Positions 10,131 to 19,874 of a DNA stretch of 38,070 nucleotides are shown here, piece by piece; position 1 is the first letter of the stretch, and every line of letters starts with the position of its first letter. The position numbers and the translations under genes were made by a program. Below the pieces are notes generated by a model. The model saw only the letters and a program-made list of their open reading frames with translations. It was not told the DNA's origin and searched no databases. The DNA comes from a virus (lineage: Duplodnaviria; Caudoviricetes): positions 1 through 38,070 of the IMG/VR virus record IMGVR_UViG_3300025751_000053, one strand, 5' to 3'.

Positions 10131-12909
10131 TTTCTTTAGCTTTTTCTACCAATTTAGACATGTCAAAGAACTCAGGGTGAGACGCATCGAACATAGCGCA
10201 CCGTTGAGCGGGTGAAGATACAGCCATACCCTTAGACATACGCTTGTTCACAGTGTCCAAATACATCCCACGCTTCTTAAGGTCTTCAATAAATGAGTTG
10301 TAGTCTGTGCTGTCCTTGTTCAATTCGTTGCGTATGTCTTTAACCGGAATAAAAAGCCGCTGGGTGTCACCCTCGTGCCGCATAACAAGTCTACCGTACT
10401 TAGGTTCTAGCCTAGGTGCTTTAGGTTTAGAAGTACGTTGGTCCACACCATCGTCAACATCAAGTAGGTTATTGAGGTTATTGTTTATAAATGAGCCAAG
10501 TATGGACACATAGCTGTCCACCGGAGCTACAGTATCTTTCCTCAGTTGAATTATGATCCGCGATGCCTTCCTGTAGATGCGTCCCATGTCAAACTTTATT
10601 AGCCCTAGTTTACACGCAATCCATCCTCCAGCTATGTTAGCAGCTATAAGAGCCGACCAGTTTCTTTCGCGTGAAGTAAGACGCATTTCTTTGTCTATCT
10701 TAGCCTGTATCTTAAGCACGTCTGCCTTTACACCTTCGGGGTTAGCAAGCACGTATTGCATGAAAGGTACAATGGCGTGACCAAAATTAGCGTTTAGCTG
10801 GTGGTCAAACATCTCTTTGCCGTACGTTGTAGAGATAGTCTCTTGGTCAACGTAGTCTACATAGAACTCCATGATCCGCATAAGCTCACCATCAGGTAGG
10901 CTTTTGTCTGCAAATAGCTTTTGATAAAAAGAAGAGTTAGACGAAGATAGCGTCATGTTACGCCATGTAGTGTCGTTCTTACGGTTAGCATTAGCTGTAG
11001 CGGTGCCTTTATCCTTACCTTTGCCTTGTGATACTTCGTAGGCAAAATCACTAAGAGGGCCAGACTCCATATTACTAAGCTCATCCATAGTGTTTACTAT
11101 GTTGTTTAGTATGCCCAGCTTGTTGACACGTGCTACGGCTGTGTCTTTGGGGTTACCCAAAAGCTGTTCAGGATCGCCACATATACTGTTTGCCATCCGT
11201 AGTATAGTTGTCTTACCCGTACCTGCGTTCTTATGCACTAAGTTTATGATTGCACCTTTCTGCCCGGTAAGTTGTAACAGGGGGGAACCAAAGCCAGAGA
11301 GTGCGGCAAACGCTTGTATCTCCATACCTTTCTTGTTGTACAAGTTAAATACTTCTTGCCACTTTTCTAAAGTACCTCTTGGTTCAAAGTAGGATACATA
11401 GGACTTAGTTACAGAAGACGCAGGGGAGTGATACACCCCATCCACAGTAATCTCTCGTTCCCCTACAATAAACTTAGTATCGTTGTCAGCCCATCCAAAT
11501 TGTAATCTCATTATTTCTGCCTTTTCTTTTGTCTGTAATATCTGAATAGTTCTAGTAACGTATTCAATCAAAACCGCCGAGTTGCTGGCACCTGCTACTA
11601 CTCCATTATGTGCAAGGGTCTTAAGTAACAGTCTACGTTCTAAACATTCGTTAGGTATCTTGAACTCACGCACGCCATCGTGCGGAGAATGAAAAACAAA
11701 CACGGACACAAACCCTTCTTGGTCGTCCCACATTTGTTTCTTTAAATAAAAATCGTGCTCATATACAAGCACTGCGTCTTCTTCTTTCATCAAATACACG
11801 CCCCCGTTTTTACCTCTAAAATAAGGTTCAAACTTATTTATAGGGCTACTGGAGGCTTTCTTTATAACTTTACCTAGGCTATACGGGCCTTTTACTTCTT
11901 TGCTTTTCTTGTGTGGACAGTGCTTACAACCACCGGGGTTGTTCTTCTCAAACTCCTCACAAGAGTGTGGTCCCTTGATACCTGCGATCTTTCTTTCAAC
12001 TGCACCAAAATCGTAGTCAGGGTGGCCGTGGGAGACGGTGTGTATAGCTTTGCTACCGTCTACGCAAAATTTAGCGACAGACAGTGCGTTAAACCAACGA
12101 GGTTCCGACAGAGTTTTGCGGTTTAGCAGACTATCCTTGAGCTGTAGGCACGGGTCTTGCCGCCCTATTATTTTAGAAAACTTGTAGTCTTTGTTTTCAT
12201 CAAGGAGCTTTTGCAGCGGGTCCAGTATAGGTTGGCTGCTTTTCTTCTTAACCGTAACAACTTCATCGGGGTCTACTCCAAGTAGCCCACGTATATCGTC
12301 AGGTGCGTACCTTGCGGTTACAGGGTTTACTACCTTTACTAACTTAGGAGTATCCTTCTTTTGGTTGTAAGTGCCCGGTACTCGCAGTATACGCGCAGCA
12401 TCGAACACGTTCGGATCGGCATAAAATTTCTGAGTAATACATACTTGCTCTAGTCTCTTGGCAATAGGCAGCCATTTCTCGGTAGGTATTTCTTCTGTGA
12501 ACCCCCAATACACATGCAAGCCATAACCTGAATTTACAATTACTGGTTCAGGCAGATCGACTGTATTGCAAAACTCTTTAAGAGCTTTTAGTCCTTCTTT
12601 CTGGCTAGCGTAGCCTTTCGGTAATCCTGTAGAGGGTTCTATCTCTTCTGCTTTGTCTCCACCGCAATCTATATCAAGCCAAATAGCTCCAAGAGACTCT
12701 ACGTTTTCTACCTTGCGGCTACCTTTTTCTTTCAACTTACCCAGAGCAAAGTAGACATCCATAGCTTGTTCGGAAAATCCGTCAGCTATTTCGTATGCTA
12801 CTTCTAAACTATCGGTAAACTTTGGTATAAGCCTACCGTCTTTCATGCCGATCACATTGTATATGCCGCCTTTAGGGACGACGTAATCTATGAGATCGAA
12901 TGTTTGCAT
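10084..12909 (-). CDS. Primase-helicase (AEP/RepB-like primase + Cys cluster + DUF927-type helicase)
   Basis: WLDIDCG and VNSGYGLHVYW primase motifs, RILRVPGTYN, GPHSCEEF..GCKHCPH Cys cluster, Walker A AGTGKTT, Walker B TMDE. Confidence 0.85.
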   Translation of the reverse strand: MQTFDLIDYVVPKGGIYNVIGMKDGRLIPKFTDSLEVAYEIADGFSEQAMDVYFALGKLKEKGSRKVENVESLGAIWLDIDCGGDKAEEIEPSTGLPKGYASQKEGLKALKEFCNTVDLPEPVIVNSGYGLHVYWGFTEEIPTEKWLPIAKRLEQVCITQKFYADPNVFDAARILRVPGTYNQKKDTPKLVKVVNPVTARYAPDDIRGLLGVDPDEVVTVKKKSSQPILDPLQKLLDENKDYKFSKIIGRQDPCLQLKDSLLNRKTLSEPRWFNALSVAKFCVDGSKAIHTVSHGHPDYDFGAVERKIAGIKGPHSCEEFEKNNPGGCKHCPHKKSKEVKGPYSLGKVIKKASSSPINKFEPYFRGKNGGVYLMKEEDAVLVYEHDFYLKKQMWDDQEGFVSVFVFHSPHDGVREFKIPNECLERRLLLKTLAHNGVVAGASNSAVLIEYVTRTIQILQTKEKAEIMRLQFGWADNDTKFIVGEREITVDGVYHSPASSVTKSYVSYFEPRGTLEKWQEVFNLYNKKGMEIQAFAALSGFGSPLLQLTGQKGAIINLVHKNAGTGKTTILRMANSICGDPEQLLGNPKDTAVARVNKLGILNNIVNTMDELSNMESGPLSDFAYEVSQGKGKDKGTATANANRKNDTTWRNMTLSSSNSSFYQKLFADKSLPDGELMRIMEFYVDYVDQETISTTYGKEMFDHQLNANFGHAIVPFMQYVLANPEGVKADVLKIQAKIDKEMRLTSRERNWSALIAANIAGGWIACKLGLIKFDMGRIYRKASRIIIQLRKDTVAPVDSYVSILGSFINNNLNNLLDVDDGVDQRTSKPKAPRLEPKYGRLVMRHEGDTQRLFIPVKDIRNELNKDSTDYNSFIEDLKKRGMYLDTVNKRMSKGMAVSSPAQRCAMFDASHPEFFDMSKLVEKAKENADRERELPDQLEEI

Positions 12910-13139
12910 TATCTAAACTCAGCTATTATCGCTTCTATTAGTTCTAGCAGTTCTTGTTTAGGCTCATGGACGCCCGTGAACCAGTTATAGACAGTCTGTC
13001 TGGTAACCCCTAGCTGAGAGGCTACCTCGGTAACAGGCACATTAGCGTCAATGCACGTGCGGCCAAGGCGGACCCCCAGCAGGGATTGGTCAGCTTCTTG
13101 ATTCAGACTATCGAGATGTGTCGAGTAGCCGTAGCTCAT
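12909..13139 (-). CDS. Cro/XRE-like helix-turn-helix protein
   Basis: VTEVASQLGVTRQTVYNWFTG HTH signature. Confidence 0.85.
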   Translation of the reverse strand: MSYGYSTHLDSLNQEADQSLLGVRLGRTCIDANVPVTEVASQLGVTRQTVYNWFTGVHEPKQELLELIEAIIAEFR

Positions 13140-14416
13140 TAGTCGTCATCACCCCATGAAGAAATAATGTCTTCTATATCATCGTCATCGTCGTCAGAAA
13201 TGTTGTTTTTCTTTTTACGTTTGACAGGTTCTTTAACTTCTTCGTCGTCGAACGGATCAGCTTCGGGTTTAGCCTTTGGGGTGTCCTCTGCTTCAAACCC
13301 ACCGTCTGAGTCATCTGACGCAAACGGACTACCAGACTCTTCGTCTGCGCTAAAACCATCCTCTTCATCAAACGGAGATGCTGGCTTGTAAGGCACGTAC
13401 TTCTTAACCTGCACGCCGCGCAGTCTGAGGGCTACGCCACCACCGTTTATTTTGTAAGGGAATAACTCAACAGCTACGTTTACTGTACTACCCGTAGTGA
13501 GCATAAAGTCGCTGTCCAGCTTCTTGTTCTTTGAATCAAACTGGTCTGGGATTGAAGTAGGATTGCCGTTGTATGCAGCTTTAAGACTAGCCTTACCAAC
13601 GTAAGTTCCGTCATCTTGCTCCTTAAAACGCATCTCTAGCTTCTTAGGCCAAGAGTCTTCCCGCGCAGCTTTGTACGCTTCGTTCATCAGGTTGTACAGT
13701 TCTTTAGCCTGCGCTTTGCTCATGCCAAAGTTTAGATCGTAAGACGCTCCATCTTCTGTAGCATCACACGGGACACTTCTGTTCTGCTTGTCGCTCCAGT
13801 GGTAGGGCTGGTTGATACGGGGGTAGAGTGCAGTTACGCCTCTAATTATGTGTGACTTACTAGCCATATATTGCTCCTTAAAAGGGTTTGATTGACCAGC
13901 TTTCTCAAGCTGCTTTATATCTGCAAGTTCTTCCTCTGCTAAAGGTCGAACCGGTTTGAAATACATCTTGTAAAAATCACGATGTTCTACAAAATATATT
14001 TCGGTTAGCACATTACCGACGTGCTCTCGGTTGCGTTCAAGATGTTCTATATACTTATATAGATTCATCCTGTTGTCGTCTCTGGAAAACAAACTCAATG
14101 CACTAAGTCTGATTTCGTAAAGAGAGTTCTGCCCCAAAAAAGCTACCTTGATATTAGTAAAGAATTTACAAGGTGCTCCTCCTGCGTTCCGTCCAGTTTT
14201 TATACTCTGGGTGCAATCAAGACAGCGACTAGCTTGTTTGTTGGACACCGCTTCGTCTGGAAAGTCACAGTCGAAAGACCAACAAGTAAGCTTGTTATCT
14301 TCGTAGTAATTTCTTGATAGCGTTCCGCTGTCTGTTATTACAACTTCTACAGAGCGCAGTGGCTCGTAGGTATCCGGGTGCACAAAACACCCGTCCTGTA
14401 CTTGAAGTCTATTCAC
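13139..14416 (-). CDS. Two-domain ssDNA-binding-like protein: Cys-containing N-terminal domain plus T7 gp2.5-like SSB with acidic tail
   Basis: C-terminal half has TGSTVNVAV...GVALRLRGVQV and a very acidic tail. N-terminal half has CWS...C..C...C. Internal SD and ATG at 13867. Confidence 0.65.
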   Translation of the reverse strand: MNRLQVQDGCFVHPDTYEPLRSVEVVITDSGTLSRNYYEDNKLTCWSFDCDFPDEAVSNKQASRCLDCTQSIKTGRNAGGAPCKFFTNIKVAFLGQNSLYEIRLSALSLFSRDDNRMNLYKYIEHLERNREHVGNVLTEIYFVEHRDFYKMYFKPVRPLAEEELADIKQLEKAGQSNPFKEQYMASKSHIIRGVTALYPRINQPYHWSDKQNRSVPCDATEDGASYDLNFGMSKAQAKELYNLMNEAYKAAREDSWPKKLEMRFKEQDDGTYVGKASLKAAYNGNPTSIPDQFDSKNKKLDSDFMLTTGSTVNVAVELFPYKINGGGVALRLRGVQVKKYVPYKPASPFDEEDGFSADEESGSPFASDDSDGGFEAEDTPKAKPEADPFDDEEVKEPVKRKKKNNISDDDDDDIEDIISSWGDDD

Positions 14417-14799
14417 TTCTTACGTGGTTTAAGTACAGAGATAGTGTACTTACGGTTTGTCTGTAGACCCGGAGGTGCTACATCAGGATTAGCTTCTAGG
14501 AACTCTTTCATGTTAGAGGTATGCACGCGCTTCTCCAGTAAATGAAACGCGCTGTTCTCTTTTATGAATTCGTGCATCTTGTCCCAGTCGCTAGGCCAGT
14601 AACTAGTACGCACTCTACGCGAGATGGTACCGGCTGGCGTTCTCAAGCTATCAATGTTTTGTTCTTCACACAGAGTTAGCATCTCTTGAGTTACTTTCTC
14701 TTGTTGTGCTTTTATTTTCTTTATTTCTTCTTCTTTCTCTTGTATAGCTTCACGCATCTTGATGTAGATGGTGGCTAGTTTGTCAGGTGTGTCTTTCAT
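14413..14799 (-). CDS. Conserved phage hypothetical protein (coiled coil, replication module)
   Basis: AAGGAGGAG SD; N-terminal coiled coil; SLRTPAGT...DWDKMHEFIKEN..LLEKRV motif. Confidence 0.7.
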   Translation of the reverse strand: MKDTPDKLATIYIKMREAIQEKEEEIKKIKAQQEKVTQEMLTLCEEQNIDSLRTPAGTISRRVRTSYWPSDWDKMHEFIKENSAFHLLEKRVHTSNMKEFLEANPDVAPPGLQTNRKYTISVLKPRKK

Positions 14800-14826
14800 C
14801 GCTCCTCCTTTTTGGTAGGGAGGAGT

Positions 14827-14854
14827 AGTGTACTCTTACGCTTTACAGCGTCAA
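14827..14854 (-). promoter_or_regulatory. Putative sigma70-type promoter
   Basis: Minus strand TTGACG-16 nt-TACACT in the gap upstream of 14799. Confidence 0.5.
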
Positions 14855-16404
14855 GTATTTATTTCTTGTTTATATAAGTCGATTATCTTGTGGTGATGAT
14901 CAACTTTAGACCGCAACATGTTGTATAGGCGTGTCTCTACTTCACTGCCGCGTATGTGAATTATCGTCATCGGGTTGTGTTGCCCCGGTCTGTCGATACG
15001 TGCGTTGGCTTGTAAGTATGTCTCTACGCTAGTAACAGGAGCGTACCAAATAATTGTGTTAGCCGCAGTTAAGGTCAATCCATGTGACGCTGCCTGTGGC
15101 TGGATGATAAGCACTTGTATTTTGTTTGTTTCTTGAAAGTCTTTAATTATTCTACTGCGTTTATTTACAGAGACTTTACCTGAAATAATTTCACACGCTA
15201 CGCTGTTCTTAGTAAGGAATTCTTTTAGTAGTTCTATGGTGTGAGTAAACGGTACAAACACCAACACTTTGTTAGAAGACTCATCAATAGCTTCTTTAAT
15301 TACTTTCAAACGACTGCTCACGTCAAACTCTATAACTTCCTTATCGTCGGAGTACACAGCCCCACCAGAGATTTGCAGTAGCTTGTTTAAGTTAGTGGCT
15401 GCATTGACGGAAGTAACTTGCTCCCCGTCTGCTTCCATAATCATGCGGTCTTTCAACAGTTTGTAGTAAGAAGCTTGTTGTTTCGTTAGTGGTGCGTCTC
15501 TGTCTATGTAAGTAACAGCAGGAAGGTCAAGACACTGATCTTTCTCAAATCTAATCGCAGGTTGTAGAACTTCATGCACCGTCTTGTCCGCATCGGGCTT
15601 GGGTCGCCACGTATACTGTGAGACTTTGTGCATCACTTTGTCTCTAAACTGCCCAAAATATTTAGGTGCGCCCTTCGGGTTGATTAGCTTGGCTAAACCA
15701 AACGCATCAACCGGGGATTGTGCTGCGGGGGTACCAGTAAGCATCCAAAGCCACGGCACGTTTGCAGTTATGTCGCGTAAAGTTTTCCAGCGGTTTGTTT
15801 GTGCGTTCTTGTAGGCGTTGGCTTCGTCAACAACTATCATGTCAAAGCCCCCTTTCATAATCTCGTCTTTGACCACAGCCACGCCATCAAAGTTTATGAT
15901 GACAAACTCAGAGCCAGCGTTAAGTATTTTCTTGCGCTGCGCCGAAGTTCCGTGCGCTACAGAGCAAGTACGGTGCATGGCAAACTTAAACAAGTCCTCT
16001 TGCCATGCTGATTTCATAATAGACAGAGGACAGATAACCAGCACGCGGTTTATCAGACCCTGCTGCATTAGATAGTCAACCGCCCATATCACAGATGCAG
16101 TCTTCCCGGTGCCTTGTTCGTTAAAACAAAAGCCTTTCTTGTGCAGTGTTAGGAAAGACGCTGTTTCTTTCTGGTGGTCGAACGGTTCATATCTGCCGGT
16201 GTACTCGTAGTCCCGTGCCATAGGAGAAGGTACTTCTTTTACCTTCAACTCGGCCAACACTTGAGACTCGTGTAGCCCCCACGGTATAACTATCTTGTAC
16301 ACGCCCTTTTCTTCCGTGAGCACCTTGTAGTTTTTTACTCGTTCGGTAATCAGATGAGGACGCTTTGTCTTGAGCACGATGGCTCTATCGTTGACTACTT
16401 TCAC
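14851..16404 (-). CDS. SNF2-family (SF2) helicase
   Basis: FNEQGTGKT (motif I), VVDEA (II), LTGTP (III), HGLTLTAA (V), QANARIDRPGQ (VI). Confidence 0.9.
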   Translation of the reverse strand: MKVVNDRAIVLKTKRPHLITERVKNYKVLTEEKGVYKIVIPWGLHESQVLAELKVKEVPSPMARDYEYTGRYEPFDHQKETASFLTLHKKGFCFNEQGTGKTASVIWAVDYLMQQGLINRVLVICPLSIMKSAWQEDLFKFAMHRTCSVAHGTSAQRKKILNAGSEFVIINFDGVAVVKDEIMKGGFDMIVVDEANAYKNAQTNRWKTLRDITANVPWLWMLTGTPAAQSPVDAFGLAKLINPKGAPKYFGQFRDKVMHKVSQYTWRPKPDADKTVHEVLQPAIRFEKDQCLDLPAVTYIDRDAPLTKQQASYYKLLKDRMIMEADGEQVTSVNAATNLNKLLQISGGAVYSDDKEVIEFDVSSRLKVIKEAIDESSNKVLVFVPFTHTIELLKEFLTKNSVACEIISGKVSVNKRSRIIKDFQETNKIQVLIIQPQAASHGLTLTAANTIIWYAPVTSVETYLQANARIDRPGQHNPMTIIHIRGSEVETRLYNMLRSKVDHHHKIIDLYKQEINT

Positions 16405-16888
16405 TTTTTATTTCCCTGAGTATTCGTATTTGCATTCGTTTTGCTTCTGCTAACTCCTCGGGAATTTGACTAGCTTTTATCTTCGTTCCAGCGGCTAGCA
16501 AGTTTTTAAAATAATATAGCCCTGTTTGTTTTTGCGCTCGAATTTTTTCTGGATACTTTGCCTTATATCTTTTTTTGATACGGCGTCTAGCATCTACACT
16601 TTTTCGACGTTTTCTACTTTTTGTGCACGCGCGGCAGTTTTTCTTAAAATAACCTTTTTCTACCCTAAAATTATCTCGTACTAGTAATTTAGTTTCTCCG
16701 CACTTACCACAAATACGAGTGGTTCCTTCAGGAGTTTTTAAATAAGGCTTACTTTTTTCTAAAACTTTGTTAGCTAATTTTCTACATGCACGGCATGTGC
16801 GTTCCGACCAAACACCACGTGTTACGCTAAAAAATACAGGGCTGAGTTCCTTCTCAACCCCACACACTTTACAAATTCTTAGTTCCAT
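16385..16888 (-). CDS. Basic protein with two CxxC...CxxC zinc-finger repeats
   Basis: CKVC..CRAC and CGKC..CRAC; Lys/Arg-rich; AT-rich DNA; no HNH catalytic motif visible. Confidence 0.7.
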   Translation of the reverse strand: MELRICKVCGVEKELSPVFFSVTRGVWSERTCRACRKLANKVLEKSKPYLKTPEGTTRICGKCGETKLLVRDNFRVEKGYFKKNCRACTKSRKRRKSVDARRRIKKRYKAKYPEKIRAQKQTGLYYFKNLLAAGTKIKASQIPEELAEAKRMQIRILREIKSESSQR

Positions 16889-17091
16889 TACTTATCTGTA
16901 GAGTGTAAAAAATTTATTTTCGTGTTGCTTTCTTTACGTAGTGCATGATATTCAAGTTGCACTTTAGCAGAATTAATCATTTTCCCAGCTACATTAGCTA
17001 ATTCTTTTGCGTCCTTTGCTTTTACATCACCAGTTATTAACCCAGTAAAAACATCGGACAATTCATTTCTCAATTCACTTACATTTTTCAT
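16888..17091 (-). CDS. Small helical hypothetical protein coupled to the zinc-finger gene
   Basis: AGGAGG SD, likely ATG at 17091 (MKNVSELRNEL...); stop overlaps the next start. Confidence 0.65.
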   Translation of the reverse strand: MKNVSELRNELSDVFTGLITGDVKAKDAKELANVAGKMINSAKVQLEYHALRKESNTKINFLHSTDK

Positions 17092-17126
17092 ATTAGTTTG
17101 CACCCTCCTAGGGGGAATAGTTACAC

Positions 17127-17423
17127 TTACTTCTTACGTTTCGCGCTCTCGCGCTTACTCGTTTCAGATACTAGATTTCCTTTAGAGTCCCGTTTAAAGG
17201 ACCGGTTCCGTGATTTACTCTCTACTCTAGTACCATCAGAGTTCTTTCCGCCTTTATCCATAGCTTTCTTGTGGGCTACATCCTTGCCATCACCTTTCTT
17301 AACCTTGCCCTCTTTCATTGCTTTGCGTCGAGCAGCATTACGCTTGGCACGTTTCTTCTTTTGCTCTTCAGTGCCTTGGTAGTTCTCGTATTCTTTTTTG
17401 TAGTTACGTTTCTTGGCTGGCAT
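17127..17423 (-). CDS. Small basic HNH-like protein
   Basis: GDGKDVAHKKAMDKGGKN...SRNRSF is a degenerate HNH-type fold motif; AGGAGG SD. Confidence 0.65.
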   Translation of the reverse strand: MPAKKRNYKKEYENYQGTEEQKKKRAKRNAARRKAMKEGKVKKGDGKDVAHKKAMDKGGKNSDGTRVESKSRNRSFKRDSKGNLVSETSKRESAKRKK

Positions 17424-17434
17424 TTCTACCTCCT

Positions 17435-18151
17435 TCAGTATTCCAGATGCTCGTGTACTGATACGTGGTTAGTCACTACAGGACGCCAATCTGTATTAAA
17501 TTTATTACCTTTACCCATGTTGCAGTCTTCACAAAGCACTTGCAGGTTAGAGAAGCACAGGGCTAGATTCGGTTTGTGTGATTTAGGTATTATGTGATCT
17601 ACATGTACCACCACTCCATGTTGTTGTGGGGTACGGTTGCATATAGCGCATTGTGCTTTATACGCCTCTAATACTTGCATTCTTACTTCGCGCCATTCCT
17701 TTTTTATTTCTGGGCTATCCCATCTTTCATAAATATCTTCACGTTCGACCCTACGATAGTGGAGTTTAAGCATGTCTTCTAGTGCTACTTTAGGATGTAC
17801 ACCTTTACTAGCACGCCATCTTATCTGCTCAAAAATGTCCCACTGCCAATACTCTATATGCCTACCACACTTTTTTAATCTGTCAGTGAACCCTTTTGTA
17901 GGTTCTTCATGAAGCAGTGCACGATACAAATTTTTTAGTAGGTATAAATTTATTTCTGAATATTGCGGAGACCCAAAATTTTTTAACGTGTCTAACAAAG
18001 GTTTATTGAGGTATGTCCTCATACTGTTGTAAAGATACCAATCGCTATTGTCTTTATCATCAGTCCACCACACTACATTACAGCGTGGGGCATCTCTTCT
18101 AATATCTTCGTCAAAAAGATTTACTTGTTGTGGTGCACAGACTATACGCAT
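17435..18151 (-). CDS. HNH endonuclease (possible homing endonuclease)
   Basis: CAIC...VHVDHIIPKS...NLQVLCEDCNMGK. Confidence 0.85.
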   Translation of the reverse strand: MRIVCAPQQVNLFDEDIRRDAPRCNVVWWTDDKDNSDWYLYNSMRTYLNKPLLDTLKNFGSPQYSEINLYLLKNLYRALLHEEPTKGFTDRLKKCGRHIEYWQWDIFEQIRWRASKGVHPKVALEDMLKLHYRRVEREDIYERWDSPEIKKEWREVRMQVLEAYKAQCAICNRTPQQHGVVVHVDHIIPKSHKPNLALCFSNLQVLCEDCNMGKGNKFNTDWRPVVTNHVSVHEHLEY

Positions 18152-18152
18152 A

Positions 18153-18815
18153 TCATTTCCTATTATGCTCGCAGCTAGTCACCGGACAGAATCGACACAG
18201 CGGCCCGTCTATCGGGTTCCATACACCTTCATCAGCAGCTACTTCAATCCGTTCAAGTGCTTCGTCAAACACACCGATGTACGACTTGTACATGTCTGCG
18301 GTATGTTCTTTAGTTACAAAGCCATCGCACACTACGAATGACAATGCAGATTTAATTCTTTTAACTTCAGGGAAGTTTATAAACACAGCCCCTGCAAGTA
18401 GGTCTAGTTGCTTAGTATCCGCATAGTTCGCGGTCTTACTTGTTTTATAATCAACCAGATAAGCTTTTTCTCCGTTGACTATTAGTAAATCAGCTATACC
18501 TCGGTACCAGACGTTCTTATCCCAAAAGCCTAATGGGCTAAACTCGTCACCGTCTCTCGCTACACCAAGCCTAATCTCACAATGCTTCTCGCCTTCTATC
18601 CGGTTGAAAGCATCGAGAGTAGGCTGGATGAAACTGTATTCTTTAGGTAGCGGCTTGTTGTCTCTTATATATTTCTCAGCAGCACTATGTACTTTACTGC
18701 CATACGCAGTAGCTGCATTACCCCTGTCCTTCACGTCTTTTTTGACGTTTAGGTGGTAGTATTTTTTGGGGCATTGCTTGAAGGTATTAACTTTGCTGTA
18801 GGACCAAGCGGCCAT
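18153..18815 (-). CDS. PD-(D/E)XK nuclease, Cas4/RecB-like exonuclease
   Basis: WSYS..FKQCP, RGIADLL, LVDYKT, QL.L, C-terminal CRFCPVTSC. Confidence 0.85.
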   Translation of the reverse strand: MAAWSYSKVNTFKQCPKKYYHLNVKKDVKDRGNAATAYGSKVHSAAEKYIRDNKPLPKEYSFIQPTLDAFNRIEGEKHCEIRLGVARDGDEFSPLGFWDKNVWYRGIADLLIVNGEKAYLVDYKTSKTANYADTKQLDLLAGAVFINFPEVKRIKSALSFVVCDGFVTKEHTADMYKSYIGVFDEALERIEVAADEGVWNPIDGPLCRFCPVTSCEHNRK

Positions 18816-18824
18816 AGTTTTTCC

Positions 18825-19019
18825 TTAGTGCTTCTTTTGGTAGGTGTCTAAGTATTCGATATACAGACTTTCAACAGCATCTCTCCATCCTGCTAGCATA
18901 GCTAGTTGTATAGTAGGAGGTTCTTCAAGAAAGCCCGGTGCTAACATTACTGTTCCTTGATGGGTATCTTCATCCCAAGCCAGCGCACCTACTTGTATTG
19001 CGTATTCTTCTTTATTCAT
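18825..19019 (-). CDS. Hypothetical protein
   Basis: 64-aa ORF tightly packed in the operon, GAGG SD. Confidence 0.55.
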   Translation of the reverse strand: MNKEEYAIQVGALAWDEDTHQGTVMLAPGFLEEPPTIQLAMLAGWRDAVESLYIEYLDTYQKKH

Positions 19020-19468
19020 TACAATCTATCCTCGTATTCGCTAACAGGTGGTACGCCCGTAGCCGTTAGTTTACCTTCCTTAACAAGCGCAAGACGATTA
19101 GCTTCTTGTGCAGCAGCTATGTCTTTTTTATTTTGTCCGGTGTACGCGACAGCCAGCTTTTCTTTGATGAGTAGTTTATTAATGGTCGTCCGTCCAACTT
19201 TGATTTCACCCAAGTACCTTCCAAACTTTCCCTTCTCTCTTGTTCGTAGCGCATAAACTCCTCCCAACTTGAGAGCCTTTTGGGCGTAGGCTTTTGCGAG
19301 TAACCCATGAGCTTTCTCCTGTTTATTTCTAGTGCGACATTCCGGAGTATCGATGCCGAAAAGACGGATACGCTGATTACGAACCCAACAATCAAAACCA
19401 AGATCAATGTCAACATCTACGGTATCTCCATCTACGACTCTAATTATTGTTGCTTTGTATTCGTACAC
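19019..19468 (-). CDS. Thermonuclease (staphylococcal nuclease-like)
   Basis: RVVDGDTVDV, RIRLFGIDTPE, GKFGRYLG. Confidence 0.9.
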   Translation of the reverse strand: MYEYKATIIRVVDGDTVDVDIDLGFDCWVRNQRIRLFGIDTPECRTRNKQEKAHGLLAKAYAQKALKLGGVYALRTREKGKFGRYLGEIKVGRTTINKLLIKEKLAVAYTGQNKKDIAAAQEANRLALVKEGKLTATGVPPVSEYEDRL

Positions 19469-19872
19469 TAGTTAACCCCTCTGTAAAACACATGTTTGTG
19501 TATGTTAGTTGTAACCTGCCCCGTGTATGCCCACTCGGGGAATACTTTGGTGCTGTGGTAGTGCGTTGCACCTCCTGTAATATCAGGAATCAACCCACTT
19601 AGGTGCACTATGTATAACGCATCGCGCCAAGCTCGTTCATCGTGCGGGTCTTCTGGTTTGCCATCACAGTAAAAGCTGAACTGGCACATGTTTCGTATCG
19701 GGTTACCGTTCCAGTAGTAACCCTGCTTTACTACATCACACGCATTGTCTGGGTAGCGTGGGTCTTCGATTCTGTTTCGGACTACGTGAGCGACTGCAAT
19801 CTGCCCTGCGTCTGGTTCACCTCTAGCTTCAAAATAGATAGCTAGGGCTACGCACATCAACTGGCTCACCAT
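19468..19872 (-). CDS. SleB-like cell wall hydrolase (Hydrolase_2)
   Basis: ALAIYFEARGE, IAVAHVVRNR, CQFSFYC, GGATHYH. Confidence 0.9.
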   Translation of the reverse strand: MVSQLMCVALAIYFEARGEPDAGQIAVAHVVRNRIEDPRYPDNACDVVKQGYYWNGNPIRNMCQFSFYCDGKPEDPHDERAWRDALYIVHLSGLIPDITGGATHYHSTKVFPEWAYTGQVTTNIHKHVFYRGVN

Positions 19873-19874
19873 AC

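Noticed and set aside
18153-18815. Cas4-like nuclease as evidence of CRISPR-Cas
   Set aside because: Stand-alone PD-(D/E)XK nucleases are common in phage replication modules; no cas1/cas2 or array.
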